A DNA stretch of 63,635 bases from Candidatus Muiribacteriota bacterium (GCA_030633305.1 DAOVTB010000003.1:1-63635); one strand, 5' to 3'. Shown: positions 1-10,255, numbered from the stretch's first letter. Notes: generated by a model not told the origin, from the letters alone. Numbers and translations: made by a program.

Positions 1-44
1 AATTGATAAAGAAATATTGTACGCAAAAAGATGTAAGTTTACTT

Positions 45-467
45 TCATAGTTCTAATATTTCTGGTTCCAGTTTTCCCATTCCCCAGTATTCAATCCTGT
101 AAGGTTTGAGTATTAGTACAACATAGTTTGGATCTTCGGGACCTTTAAAATATGTTTTTAACATATCTGACCAATATTTTTCTTTTTCTTCCTTATCAGT
201 ACTTATTTCTGCATGAGCCTGGATCTGTAAATATTCGGTATCTTTAAACATATCATTGACACCACAGCAAATGTGAACTTCAGGATTGTTTCTGATATGT
301 TTGATTTTCCTGCTGTTTGCAAAAACTGCACTACGTATTACAATTTCTTTGCTTGTTTTAGTCATAACATATCGTACCCATGGTTTACCATTTTCGGTAA
401 CTGTTGCTAAATTTATCAGTGGGTGTTTGTTAAGAACAGATAGAACTTTTTTCTTTAACTCATTCAT
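45..467 (-). CDS. pyridoxamine 5'-phosphate oxidase family FMN-binding protein (general stress protein 26-like)
   Basis: 140-aa ORF; ATG at 467 with GGAG 9 nt upstream; size and pattern (LINLATV..GKPWVRYV..HICCG..IEYW) fit the small PNPOx-like split-barrel family. Confidence 0.7.
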   Translation of the reverse strand: MNELKKKVLSVLNKHPLINLATVTENGKPWVRYVMTKTSKEIVIRSAVFANSRKIKHIRNNPEVHICCGVNDMFKDTEYLQIQAHAEISTDKEEKEKYWSDMLKTYFKGPEDPNYVVLILKPYRIEYWGMGKLEPEILEL

Positions 468-556
468 ATGTATATTCTCCGTGTCTATTGATGACTCATT
501 ATAACATCTTAATTAGGCTAAAACATAGATTATGAATTAATATGATTAAGGATGAA

Positions 557-1093
557 TTATTCTTCTGGATATTCAAGGTCTTCCGTATAAGAAATCGAAT
601 ATTTATTTGACCATGCTCTTAAATTATCAATTATTTTTACAATTTCTGCTGATTTTATTTTCCCGAAAAAAGGTCCGGACCATGATAAATTACCCTTATC
701 GCATTCAATGGTAATTTCGATTTTATCTTGATTTTTGACTACAAATAAAGCACCAACTGATATGAATATTGAGGTAGGCAATATTACAAGATGATTATCA
801 GGAAAACCTAAATAAATCCAACCGGCAACAAGCCATATAAATCCAATGAAAACAAGGAGTTTTCCAAAAATGAAACCAATTTGAAAATTTTCCTGAAAGA
901 TATCAATTCCTTTAATCTCATTGTGATCAGATTTTACGGCTATTACTGGATCTGAAACAGCAAATATTTTTTCTGCTGGCCAATAAGCAGCTTTATTGGT
1001 TAAAATCAGTCTTAATTTTTCGTTTCTTGAACTGATTATATCAATATCGTTTTCAACTACTTCGCCATCAATGTATACTGGTTTAAAAGACAT
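557..1093 (-). CDS. hypothetical membrane protein
   Basis: ORF-track start at 1096 is TTG; ATG at 1093 follows AGGAAA; two central hydrophobic helices (IGFIFGKLLVFIGFIWLVAGWIYLGF, ILPTSIFISVGALFVV); no recognisable family. Confidence 0.5.
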   Translation of the reverse strand: MSFKPVYIDGEVVENDIDIISSRNEKLRLILTNKAAYWPAEKIFAVSDPVIAVKSDHNEIKGIDIFQENFQIGFIFGKLLVFIGFIWLVAGWIYLGFPDNHLVILPTSIFISVGALFVVKNQDKIEITIECDKGNLSWSGPFFGKIKSAEIVKIIDNLRAWSNKYSISYTEDLEYPEE

Positions 1094-1181
1094 CAAATTT
1101 CCTTTTTACATCACATAATATTTTATCTCTTCTATATATATTATATCCTATCAATCTCTGAATTTAGTTTCTTTTTGAATT

Positions 1182-2267
1182 TTATTTATACAAAATTTTA
1201 AGTCTATTTAAAAGTGAATCATTTTCCAAAAGATCAACTGTATTGGACAATTGATTAACAGAACCAATATCAGAAGGAATATTTTTAATTGTATGATCCT
1301 TGATCTTATTCTTTATTTCATTCGCGAAGATTTCACCGTGGATTACTAAATAAGGCCGACCGTGAAAGCTTGAAACTTCTGTTTTAATAGGTTTTGTAAG
1401 TTTAAGGTCGTTGTGTATTTGTGCAATTATTTTGTAAGATTTGGAAAGATATTTTTCGCGAGTTGACCATTTTTTTGAAGCAAGCACTTTTTCTAAAACA
1501 GGGGATAGTTTTTTAGCACATTTTAAACGTAAAAATGCCGTTCCGAACCATTTGCTGTATGGTGCATATTCTTTTTCCATCAGGAAACATAATCTCATGA
1601 TTGATTGAACTAGCCGGGCAGCAATAATTCTTGATCCAAGTTCATCATTCACATCACCAGTTCGTCCAACAAATGGCTCTTCCTGACTTATTTTCATCCA
1701 TTCAGATGCTAGCAGATATAACCACACATCTTTTGGGAAATAATTCAGTTTTTCCTTAAAATAGTTTAATCCAAGCTGATCGTGAAAAAATTTTCCGTAT
1801 TTAATTGTTCTGAGTTTTTGTTCGGAAAATGTTAGCCAATCAAAAACATTGATATTTTTATTGGGATCAATTTGCAGATACCTTTTGAAAAAAGATTTGA
1901 TAGTATGCATTTCAATGCGATGATTTATTGGTTGTCCTTTTTCGGCTTTTGAAAGAAGTTGAACACCAATTTCATCTGGAGTTCCAAAATTTGTAGAATA
2001 TCCCTTGAATGTTGGAGGTAAATTTCTGGATAAAAAATCAGATATTCTATTTTTCTTACTTATATCTTTGGGAAGAAGAAAGAGCATGACACATGGTCCC
2101 CAATGATGATCTGTTGATTGTTCGGTGTCAAAACCAAGTACTTCTGATCCGCTGCCAATTAAACCTGCTGAATATTTGAGATCTTGAAATTCTGTTTCAA
2201 TGAGTGGTTTGACTATTTTCTTATAAAATTGCTCACTCAGTTGTAAACCAGGAATAAACTTAGTCAT
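1182..2267 (-). CDS. DUF4037 domain protein (nucleotidyltransferase-like)
   Basis: N-terminus IPGLQLSEQFY...AGLIGSGSEVLGFDTEQSTDHHWGP matches my recollection of the DUF4037 family signature; 18 nt downstream of sdaA on the same strand. Confidence 0.55.
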   Translation of the reverse strand: MTKFIPGLQLSEQFYKKIVKPLIETEFQDLKYSAGLIGSGSEVLGFDTEQSTDHHWGPCVMLFLLPKDISKKNRISDFLSRNLPPTFKGYSTNFGTPDEIGVQLLSKAEKGQPINHRIEMHTIKSFFKRYLQIDPNKNINVFDWLTFSEQKLRTIKYGKFFHDQLGLNYFKEKLNYFPKDVWLYLLASEWMKISQEEPFVGRTGDVNDELGSRIIAARLVQSIMRLCFLMEKEYAPYSKWFGTAFLRLKCAKKLSPVLEKVLASKKWSTREKYLSKSYKIIAQIHNDLKLTKPIKTEVSSFHGRPYLVIHGEIFANEIKNKIKDHTIKNIPSDIGSVNQLSNTVDLLENDSLLNRLKILYK

Positions 2268-2285
2268 AACGAAATGTATTACTCC

Positions 2286-3488
2286 CTATTTAAATTTTAC
2301 CCATTTTTTGGCAAGTCCACCAATACTGGTTTCTCTGTACGCGCTTTGCATATCATGTCCTGTCTCTGCCATGACATTTACGGTGCGATCAAAAGAAATC
2401 TTATGTGCTCCATCTGACAATGATGTATAAACTGCACATTCTATTGCTTTTGCTGCTGCAATTGCATTTCTTTCAATACATGGAATCTGCACATATCCAG
2501 AAACTGGATCACATGTAAGACCAAGATTGTGTTCAAATCCCATTTCAGCAGCATATTCGATCTGGTGAATTGAACCTCCTAATAATTGAGATGCCGCTCC
2601 CGCAGCCATGGCACATGCTGTACCAATTTCTCCCTGACACCCTACTTCTGCACCAGAAATGGATGCACAGGATTTAACAATATTACCAATCAAACCAGCA
2701 GTTGCAAGTGCTTTCAGTATATGTTGCTCCTTGATATATTCATCACGCAATAAATAAAAAAGTGATGCAGGTAATACACCAGCAGAACCGCACGTTGGTG
2801 CCGTAACAATTTTTCCGTAGTCAGCATTTTCTTCTGAAACAGCAAGTGCAAATGAATATAATAATCCCATGTTCTGTATAGATTTTCGTGAATTTATTGC
2901 TTTTATAAAATATCTATGAGCTTTTCTTGGAAGTTTCAAAGTTCCTGGAAGTACACCTTCATCTTCCAGACCTCTGGTTATCGATTCTTTCATGACATCC
3001 CAGACATTTTTAAGATATTTCCAGATATCATCATCTTCATTATCCTCAACATATTCCCAAAATGTTTTTCCTTCATCTAAACAATATTCTAGAATATCTG
3101 TAAGGCTTTGAGATTTATAAACTTGTTTATTGTTCAGTATTCCAGAGTCATCTCGTAAATCTCCGCCACCAATGCTGTAAACAGTCCACGTATCAATAGA
3201 CTTTTCTTCAGAGTCGAATGCTTTAAATATCATTCCATTAGGATGGAGTGGAAGAGTTTCTTTTTCTTTCCATATAATCTCAGTATTTTGAGGTAATAGA
3301 GTTTTTTGTATTGCAACATCCGTATGATGTCCAACACCTGTTAAAGCCAGGCTTCCATAAAGTTGGACTTTGAATGATTTTGCATCAGGGTTTCTCTCTT
3401 TAAATATTTCTGAAGCTTTAACTGGACCAATTGTATGACTGCTTGAAGGACCAAATCCGATTTTGTATATTTCTTTTATTGATAACAT
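2286..3488 (-). CDS. sdaA: L-serine ammonia-lyase (Fe-S dependent, single-chain form)
   Basis: GFGPSSSHTIGP N-terminal motif, TAPTCGSAGVLPA and CQGEIGTACAMAAG cysteine motifs typical of L-serine dehydratase. Confidence 0.85.
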   Translation of the reverse strand: MLSIKEIYKIGFGPSSSHTIGPVKASEIFKERNPDAKSFKVQLYGSLALTGVGHHTDVAIQKTLLPQNTEIIWKEKETLPLHPNGMIFKAFDSEEKSIDTWTVYSIGGGDLRDDSGILNNKQVYKSQSLTDILEYCLDEGKTFWEYVEDNEDDDIWKYLKNVWDVMKESITRGLEDEGVLPGTLKLPRKAHRYFIKAINSRKSIQNMGLLYSFALAVSEENADYGKIVTAPTCGSAGVLPASLFYLLRDEYIKEQHILKALATAGLIGNIVKSCASISGAEVGCQGEIGTACAMAAGAASQLLGGSIHQIEYAAEMGFEHNLGLTCDPVSGYVQIPCIERNAIAAAKAIECAVYTSLSDGAHKISFDRTVNVMAETGHDMQSAYRETSIGGLAKKWVKFK

Positions 3489-3668
3489 TTTTATAAAATA
3501 ACATTTGCAGGTATTTTTTGCAATTTCGTTGAATAAATGAGATGCATAATTTTTTCAAGGAAAATACAAGGGGATTTTAATTCAAAAAGATGGTCAGGGC
3601 AGGAATAATACTATTTTTTTTAATAAATATTTTTTCATATACCTTGTGTGTGCTATCTTTTTTTCGGT

Positions 3669-4418
3669 CTATATTTTCTTAGCAATATAAAATCCATAAC
3701 TATAATAGTCTTTATACTTTTTGTAATTTCTAATTTCTTCTTTATGCCCTTCTACAACATTTCTTGCCATTTCTGAATTGTTATGTTTTTCAAGAAAAGC
3801 AGAACATCGTTTTTCCATAGGGTTGTAAAAATTCTCAAGCCAACTGGTTTGTGATAAAACAAAATATCCAACTGGTGAGTAGCCATTTCCCTCTAATAGT
3901 TTGATTTTGTCTGATGCTGTATCAATTTCAGGATATTCTGCATTCCAAAAATCTTCAATTTCTTTTGGTCGTGAATTTGTTATCCAGGTAATTTCGCTAA
4001 CCCCCAAATAACCTCCAGATTTCAAATGTTTTTTCCAATTTTTAATTCCTGCTTCAAATCCTATATTATAAATTGCCCCTTCTGACCAGATAATATCAAG
4101 TTCGTCATTGTCGAATGGCAGTTCTTCCATTGATTTTGTGATTGTTTTAATTCTATCCTGAAGTCCTAATTCAGCTGACTTTATATTTAATTCTTCTAAA
4201 AAATCGGGAAATAAATCAATTGCGGTTATTTGCCCTTTAATATTCTGAGCAAGAGTAATAGTCTGGCCGCCTGAACCACAACCAATATCTGCAATTTTTA
4301 ATTCTTGATCTTTATTTATATTCATAAAATTCAAGGCTTGAATAGTATCAAGATAACTTCCTGGACCTTGTCGTTCTGTATTTGTATAAAAATCTATTAA
4401 TAATTCTAATTCTGTCAT
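3669..4418 (-). CDS. class I SAM-dependent methyltransferase
   Basis: Motif I IADIGCGSGGQTITLA; start moved to ATG at 4418 (MTELELL), 8 nt after AAGGAG; ORF-track start 4448 has no RBS. Confidence 0.8.
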   Translation of the reverse strand: MTELELLIDFYTNTERQGPGSYLDTIQALNFMNINKDQELKIADIGCGSGGQTITLAQNIKGQITAIDLFPDFLEELNIKSAELGLQDRIKTITKSMEELPFDNDELDIIWSEGAIYNIGFEAGIKNWKKHLKSGGYLGVSEITWITNSRPKEIEDFWNAEYPEIDTASDKIKLLEGNGYSPVGYFVLSQTSWLENFYNPMEKRCSAFLEKHNNSEMARNVVEGHKEEIRNYKKYKDYYSYGFYIAKKI

Positions 4419-4453
4419 TTCATTATCTCCTTTATTGGTTACACACAATATTT

Positions 4454-4482
4454 ATCTTAATGTTCACACTGTTTTCTGTCAA
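4454..4482 (-). promoter_or_regulatory. sigma70-like promoter for the methyltransferase gene
   Basis: On the minus strand: TTGACA, 17 nt, TAAGAT, about 35 nt upstream of the ATG at 4418. Confidence 0.4.
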
Positions 4483-4721
4483 TGAAACTTAATTTTAGAA
4501 TTACTCGTTTGCACTGAGCGATATATTTTTGCCCTACGGGTCATTTGTTCTCGCCCGAGATGGAAGTTTATGTTGATTTTTGATATCTGATTGCAGGGAT
4601 TCTCTTCAGATAACTGTATAGAATATATTGTGTCTATAATTAAAAAAACGCGAGCATGACACATTATATTTTTATCTTTCGTTTGAATGAGAGGACGATT
4701 AAATTAAGTTTATCTGAACGA

Positions 4722-5354
4722 TTAATCCCAATAATAATAAAGCGTTTCACATTCAGAAATTTGAATCTGTCCATTACAAAGCTCAGTTACGATTCCACTG
4801 AATTCGTTCCATTTTAGTTTTGAAAGAACTTTAATAGAGACTTTTTCAGCGTAGTCAATATTTTCTATTACATAACCCTGTTTTCTGAGGTAATGTTCAA
4901 GTGGAGATGAAAATTGGTAATCAACAGTAAGTGTACCAGTATAACTTAATATTTTAGTAGCTGTCCTGGCAAGTTTCAGGGCTTCGCTGCATGCTCCTGA
5001 ATATGCACGAGCTAATCCACCTGCACCAAGTTTAATTCCACCATAGTAACGGACAACAATGACGAGGATGTTTTTTAGAGCTTTATGTTGAATGACTTTG
5101 AATATTGGCATTCCGGCTGTTCCGCTCGGCTCACCATCATCACTGAATTTCTGGATATTATTATTTACTCCAAGATGATAGGCATAGCAATGATGTGTGG
5201 CATCTGAATATTTTTTTCGTGTTTCTTCGAGAGTTGATTTACATTCTTCTGCGGTTTCAGCATAAAAACAGAGTCCAATGAATTTAGACTTTTTTATGAT
5301 ATCCATATGCTCTGAATTTTGTTTTATGGTTTCAAAAGATTCGATTACAGCCAT
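4722..5354 (-). CDS. yigZ: YigZ/IMPACT family protein (UPF0029)
   Basis: KKSKFIGLCF...DATHHCYAY...DDGEPSGTAGMPI..VVRYYGGIKLGAGGLARAY is the conserved YigZ N-domain pattern; start is 2 nt after the stop of the upstream ligase gene. Confidence 0.8.
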   Translation of the reverse strand: MAVIESFETIKQNSEHMDIIKKSKFIGLCFYAETAEECKSTLEETRKKYSDATHHCYAYHLGVNNNIQKFSDDGEPSGTAGMPIFKVIQHKALKNILVIVVRYYGGIKLGAGGLARAYSGACSEALKLARTATKILSYTGTLTVDYQFSSPLEHYLRKQGYVIENIDYAEKVSIKVLSKLKWNEFSGIVTELCNGQIQISECETLYYYWD

Positions 5355-5356
5355 AT

Positions 5357-6613
5357 TTAACTTCTCTTATCTATAACCGTTTTCATTTTTCCTGATGCCT
5401 GATTTTTTTCAAGGGTTCCTGGTTTTGACCAGCATATATCAAGTGGTAAAAGTATATCAGCATCAAACATTTTTGCAAAGACTTCACTTGATTCAATTAA
5501 ACTGTTTTTAAGAAAATCAGGATTAAATTCCTTTTGTTCGGTAGGGGATTCATAGTTAATGGTTATTTTTATCCTGGGACCTTCTGCATCGATTACAAGC
5601 TGATACGAAGAATCAATATCAAATTTTGAAAGAATACGGGCGAATACTGAAAGAGAGACTTCATAACCACAGATCATGATATTATTTCCAGCACGACCTA
5701 GAAGTTTCAATGAAAAGTCTTCACCATCTTTTGTAAGAATTCCACGATCACCAACGTGATATCTGATAACAGGAATCCTCTTTCTGAAAAGATTAGTTAC
5801 AATAATTTCTCCCTCTTCTCCCAGCTCAACATGCTTATTGGTTTTTGGATCAATAATTTCGACCATTACATGATCAGTTGGAATTTTATGAATTGAACCG
5901 TGACAGGTTTTATCCTGGTAACCAATTATTCCAGTATCAACTGCTGCATATCCAAGTGAAAATATTGATTTTACACCAAGAATTTTTTTCAGATAATCTC
6001 TTGATGATTCGTTGAGATGTTCACCTGCATATCCGAGCTTTTCGACTTTTAAAGGAAGATTATTGCTTTCAACGAGATTAGCAAGTCCCATCAGGAGACT
6101 TGGCACAGCAAGTATGACATTTGGATTAAATGACAGGAGATACCTTAAAATCTCATCTGGTTCGCAATTTGCACCAATTGGAAGTTGAACACATCCTGTA
6201 TGATTAAGTGAAATTGAAATTGAAGAAAAGGCCGAGTACATATGTCCTGGCATGAACAGATTTGCAACAATATCATCTTTATCAATACCATTTAAACATA
6301 GCATGTTTCCAAGCAATTTGGCTCCAGTCTGGACTTCTCCATAAGTTGTAAAAGCATATTTTTCCTTACCAGATGTTCCACCACTTCTTGTGAAATATCC
6401 ACCTTTCATTGGGCCTGTCATCATATCAGTGTTTTCAGGTGGACTGAACTGGTAAAATGAATCCCTGGATGTTGCTGGAATTGATTGCAGGCTATCCAGA
6501 TCAATAGTTTCAATATCCCGATAGTGATCTGAATAAAATTTGGAGTTTTGACGTGCGAATTTAAAAATTTCTATAAATTTTTCGAAATTTCCTGCTATTG
6601 ATTTCATAACCAT
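5357..6613 (-). CDS. PaaK/F390-synthetase-like adenylate-forming enzyme (paralogue 3)
   Basis: SGGTSGKEKY phosphate loop, GYAAVDTG, IRYHVGDRG, C-terminal SGKMKTVIDKR; alternative ATG at 6607 has better RBS spacing. Confidence 0.7.
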   Translation of the reverse strand: MVMKSIAGNFEKFIEIFKFARQNSKFYSDHYRDIETIDLDSLQSIPATSRDSFYQFSPPENTDMMTGPMKGGYFTRSGGTSGKEKYAFTTYGEVQTGAKLLGNMLCLNGIDKDDIVANLFMPGHMYSAFSSISISLNHTGCVQLPIGANCEPDEILRYLLSFNPNVILAVPSLLMGLANLVESNNLPLKVEKLGYAGEHLNESSRDYLKKILGVKSIFSLGYAAVDTGIIGYQDKTCHGSIHKIPTDHVMVEIIDPKTNKHVELGEEGEIIVTNLFRKRIPVIRYHVGDRGILTKDGEDFSLKLLGRAGNNIMICGYEVSLSVFARILSKFDIDSSYQLVIDAEGPRIKITINYESPTEQKEFNPDFLKNSLIESSEVFAKMFDADILLPLDICWSKPGTLEKNQASGKMKTVIDKRS

Positions 6614-6623
6614 TTCCTTTTGC

Positions 6624-8102
6624 TTATTTTTCTACATATATAGATTTATATGTGGTATCTACGAATTTTTCGTGTCCAAACGGTAGAGGCTGGATTTGAG
6701 GGAGATATTTTTCAGGATTATCAGTCATTTCGCAAAGCGCATTGTATTCTGAACAGATCTCACGAAGCTGGTCCTGAAAATGTCTGCTCCATTTTTCTGG
6801 ATCAGTTTTTTCAACCGGAGTTCCTGAAGCTAGTTCAACTATTATTTTAAATGTTTCATCAAACGTTTCAGAAACAGTTTTTTTTATTTTAAATCTACCA
6901 GTGAGTATTGAAGACCACATATTTTTTGAAATGATTTCCTTGATTTGATTAGAATAAATATTTGCGCCCGACAGTACAATGTCGCCGTGTGATTTTCCAA
7001 AAGTATATATGAATGGCAGTGGAGCTGGATAAAGCCCACTGTCTGACGGAAGACTTTCTGGTGAAATACCATGTTTTTCCAACAATCCTAGCATTTTTGA
7101 GTATGGAATTATTCCTCCAGAATCATGGATTTTATATCTTACAACTGGTATTGCCTTCATTTTTGTAAAAATAAGTTCATTATCGCAGCATTCAACGTAT
7201 ATTGATTCTGGATTCCAGCGACATAAAAAAGGCATAGTCCCATTTTTCCCGAATGCTTCATTTTTAAATTCTGGATTTTTCTGAGCAATTTTTCTGATAG
7301 CAATTGACATTGGTGATTCTATTCCAATTCCGCCAATATCAGCACTACCGTAACCACCCCATATTCCCATAGGTTCTTTTACAGGATCGATTCCAAGTTT
7401 TTTTTCCATGTGAATGCGCCATGATTCAGGAAAATTATCGCCAACAAGACCTATCCTGATATTATAATCTTCAAGTTTGATGTTCTTTTGTATACCAGCT
7501 TCAAAAATTGCTTTAACCATTCCGGGATAGCTGATCAAAAAGATGGTGTCATATGATGGTCCAAGTTCCTTAATGAAGTGAATTGCAGAATCAAAATCAA
7601 TTCCAGGTGTTGCTACAGTGAAAGCACCATTATTTTCAATCCCGGCTTGCCGTAATGCCCAGTGAGTTTGGAGCCCACTTACCCATGCGCCAAGGCCAAG
7701 GCAAATGACGATTAGACAGCTTTTGTTTTCATAGTCCAATGACAGTTTTAACATCTTATTATATATGGCTGGAAAATCTTTCTCATCTTCAGGATTGATT
7801 GCCCAGTATTGCGGTTCGCCGGTGCTTCCGGAACTTGAGAAAATAACATGTTTGTTTTTTAAAGTTCCGTCTAGACATCTCGACTTTAAGTCAAACTCCA
7901 TAATGTAATTGTGTTTGGTTTGATATGGTAGTTTTTCAAATTCGGCAAATGTTGATATTTTTGCGTTGTTGAAATTATTGCTAGATAGAAATTCTTTATA
8001 TGCTGGAACTTTATCTAAAATAGTTTGAGCAGTTTTAATCACTTTTTCTCTTGCAGAGTCAAAAATTTTTTTTTCTTCTTCAATGATCTTTTTAAGTTCC
8101 AT
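6624..8102 (-). CDS. divergent adenylate-forming enzyme (PaaK/GH3-like)
   Basis: SSSGSTGEPQYW phosphate loop, GYGSADIG, VRYKIHDSG; longer than its neighbours, with a distinct C-terminal part; ATG at 8102 chosen (ORF-track 8111 is TTG). Confidence 0.55.
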   Translation of the reverse strand: MELKKIIEEEKKIFDSAREKVIKTAQTILDKVPAYKEFLSSNNFNNAKISTFAEFEKLPYQTKHNYIMEFDLKSRCLDGTLKNKHVIFSSSGSTGEPQYWAINPEDEKDFPAIYNKMLKLSLDYENKSCLIVICLGLGAWVSGLQTHWALRQAGIENNGAFTVATPGIDFDSAIHFIKELGPSYDTIFLISYPGMVKAIFEAGIQKNIKLEDYNIRIGLVGDNFPESWRIHMEKKLGIDPVKEPMGIWGGYGSADIGGIGIESPMSIAIRKIAQKNPEFKNEAFGKNGTMPFLCRWNPESIYVECCDNELIFTKMKAIPVVRYKIHDSGGIIPYSKMLGLLEKHGISPESLPSDSGLYPAPLPFIYTFGKSHGDIVLSGANIYSNQIKEIISKNMWSSILTGRFKIKKTVSETFDETFKIIVELASGTPVEKTDPEKWSRHFQDQLREICSEYNALCEMTDNPEKYLPQIQPLPFGHEKFVDTTYKSIYVEK

Positions 8103-8103
8103 A

Positions 8104-9369
8104 TCAATCAATTCTCCGATCGATTACAAGTTTTACTTTTCCTGATAATGTATTTGGAAGACTGTTATTCTTAACAGGGGTTACAGTAAGGGCTATTATT
8201 TTTTCGTCCTCAACTTCATGTTTTAATTCAGGATTTAAATCCAGTATTTTTTTTCTGATTAAATGTGATGCTTCAATTGCTTTTTCAGACATGTTACATT
8301 CTGCTTTTACATTGATTTCAGTAACTCCCTGGATAATGTCAATTATGATCTGAAGTGGTCCTGAAAATTCAGGAATGCTTTGTACTGTTTCAACAAAAAT
8401 ATCAGTTGGTACTTCCATTGCTCGTATCATAATCTCATCTTCACCACGCCCCAGAAGGACAAATCGTCTTCCAATAGAATCAGGTGTTTGCTCGTCATCC
8501 AGCCAGTAGGCCAGGTCTTTTGTTCGGAATCGAATTAGTGGAAACAGTTTTCTGAAATAGTTACTGACAACAATTTCACCAGTTACACCTTTACAGGCTT
8601 CTTTTCCAGTATCGGGATCAATGATCTCAATAAAATGGAAATCCTCTACAGCATGATATATATTTGTTTCTTCTTTTGATGGTATTCCAAGAAGTCCTGT
8701 ATCAGCAGTTGTGTAACCAGCAGCAAAAATTTTTGAACATTTGAAGACTTCTTTTAATCTTTTTTCGGCCTGATTGCCAAGATGTTCACCAACATAGACC
8801 AATTTATCCAGATGAATATTCTCATTTCTTTCAACTACTCTTTGAGCAATCCTCAAAGCAAACGATGGCACAGCGTAAGCTGCATCAGGTTTAAATAAAA
8901 GTAGATAATCTATTAGTGTATCAATGTCAGCATTCCCCGTTACTGGAAGAACAGTACAACCAATCCGGAATGTAAGTTCTATAAGAGCCGATAGAGTTGG
9001 ATCAAAAGGGGCTGCAGCAGAAAGAATGGCTATTTTATCACCATATTCAAGCCCTCCATATTTTAAAGCTTCTTCCTGGAATTCAATTGCTTTATTCCAT
9101 ACTTCGCGTTCTATAAGCGTATATTTTCTTTTGCCAGTTGAACCAGAACTCGCAACGACTATGCAGTTTTCAATGGGTCCTGTAAACAGATCAGTTCCAT
9201 CTGGAAGACTGTGATCGTTGATATGAGTTTTTTCCAGGTAGGGAAGACTGTATAGATCATCTCTACACGAGATTTTAATGTCGGGTAGATGTTTTCGGTA
9301 AAATATTGATTTTTCCTTCGCAAATTTATAGGCTTCATTGAGCGATTTTAGCCTTTCTTTACTATTCAC
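8104..9369 (-). CDS. PaaK/F390-synthetase-like adenylate-forming enzyme (paralogue 1)
   Basis: SSGSTGKRKY, GYTTADTG, IRFRTKDL, C-terminal SGKVKLVIDRR; GTG start at 9369, 5 nt after GAGGA. Confidence 0.7.
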   Translation of the reverse strand: MNSKERLKSLNEAYKFAKEKSIFYRKHLPDIKISCRDDLYSLPYLEKTHINDHSLPDGTDLFTGPIENCIVVASSGSTGKRKYTLIEREVWNKAIEFQEEALKYGGLEYGDKIAILSAAAPFDPTLSALIELTFRIGCTVLPVTGNADIDTLIDYLLLFKPDAAYAVPSFALRIAQRVVERNENIHLDKLVYVGEHLGNQAEKRLKEVFKCSKIFAAGYTTADTGLLGIPSKEETNIYHAVEDFHFIEIIDPDTGKEACKGVTGEIVVSNYFRKLFPLIRFRTKDLAYWLDDEQTPDSIGRRFVLLGRGEDEIMIRAMEVPTDIFVETVQSIPEFSGPLQIIIDIIQGVTEINVKAECNMSEKAIEASHLIRKKILDLNPELKHEVEDEKIIALTVTPVKNNSLPNTLSGKVKLVIDRRID

Positions 9370-9378
9370 AATTATCCT

Positions 9379-10170
9379 CTATTTCGCATAAGGAGAAGGA
9401 ATATTAAATCCAATCAGGTAACATTTTAAGCCACCATATTGAAAATTAACATGTGCAGATATATTTTTGCTTTTTTGAAAATCCAGTCTGAATATAAGGA
9501 TGAATTCTTTGGGAGTTTTAGGATCAGAAATTATTTTTTCAAATCTGATATTTTTGCATTTGCCGGTCTGATTCATTTTCTTGAACATCTGAGCGAAAGA
9601 AGTTTTACCTATTTTTTTCTGCAAAACTTCAGCAAGCATGTTAAAAGCAGAATCAATATTACCATCAAAGCAATTTTTCCAGAATTCCTTCCCGATTTTC
9701 TGATAGTTGTCAGAATTTTCTGGTACAGTATTTAAAGATTCAAGTATTTTTTCCGAAAGTTTCTTGTCCTTCAGATGTATTCCAATGAGTTTTCCATCGA
9801 CAAACTTCAATTCAAGAGGAACTTCCTGTTTTTCAAAAGCCATTGTTCCTTCATACTTTTGAGTTCTAACACCATTTTTATAATTATCTGAAAAACTGAA
9901 ACCGTTTGTATTGATATTTTTAAAAGAGCCGAATGTAGCTGGAATTGCTTTTATAAATTCGGCAAGTCTCTGAGTGTCACATTCTTTTGCCAATAAAGGA
10001 TGAATGCTTGTTTGGATTTCGCTTATTGATGATTTCTCAACCATTTTAAAAAATGCACTGATATTATCTTCACCGCTTGATTTTCCAAAAAAAAGAAGTG
10101 CAGCAATACCTAGTCCAATGAATATGATAAACATAAAAAAAAATTTAAAAAGTTTTTTGATAAATCCCAT
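9379..10170 (-). CDS. membrane-anchored hypothetical protein (two internal repeats)
   Basis: N-terminal TM anchor FMFIIFIGLGIAALLFF; GGAGG RBS 6 nt upstream; two roughly 110-aa halves look related; first gene of the ligase operon. Confidence 0.5.
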   Translation of the reverse strand: MGFIKKLFKFFFMFIIFIGLGIAALLFFGKSSGEDNISAFFKMVEKSSISEIQTSIHPLLAKECDTQRLAEFIKAIPATFGSFKNINTNGFSFSDNYKNGVRTQKYEGTMAFEKQEVPLELKFVDGKLIGIHLKDKKLSEKILESLNTVPENSDNYQKIGKEFWKNCFDGNIDSAFNMLAEVLQKKIGKTSFAQMFKKMNQTGKCKNIRFEKIISDPKTPKEFILIFRLDFQKSKNISAHVNFQYGGLKCYLIGFNIPSPYAK

Positions 10171-10255
10171 AAGGAACCTCCAGATAGACGTAATTTTTAT
10201 TAAATTTATTATAGCACAATCAATAATATTTTGTTACTGTGAGAAACTGACAAAA

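Noticed and set aside
4483-4721. Riboswitch or sRNA in the 240-nt spacer between yigZ and the methyltransferase promoter
   Set aside because: I read the minus strand for SAM-type and other common riboswitch cores and found only short palindromes (CTCGCCCGAG, GACCCGTAGGGC). The 61-aa ORF in the track has no RBS. The spacer is left unexplained, not called.
10131-10150. Homopolymer tracts (A9/T9 runs here and near 8061-8075 and 57066-57075) as phase-variation switches
   Set aside because: Runs of this length are expected by composition in a genome this AT-rich. They are not unusually long and are not placed at consistent positions near starts of surface-protein genes.
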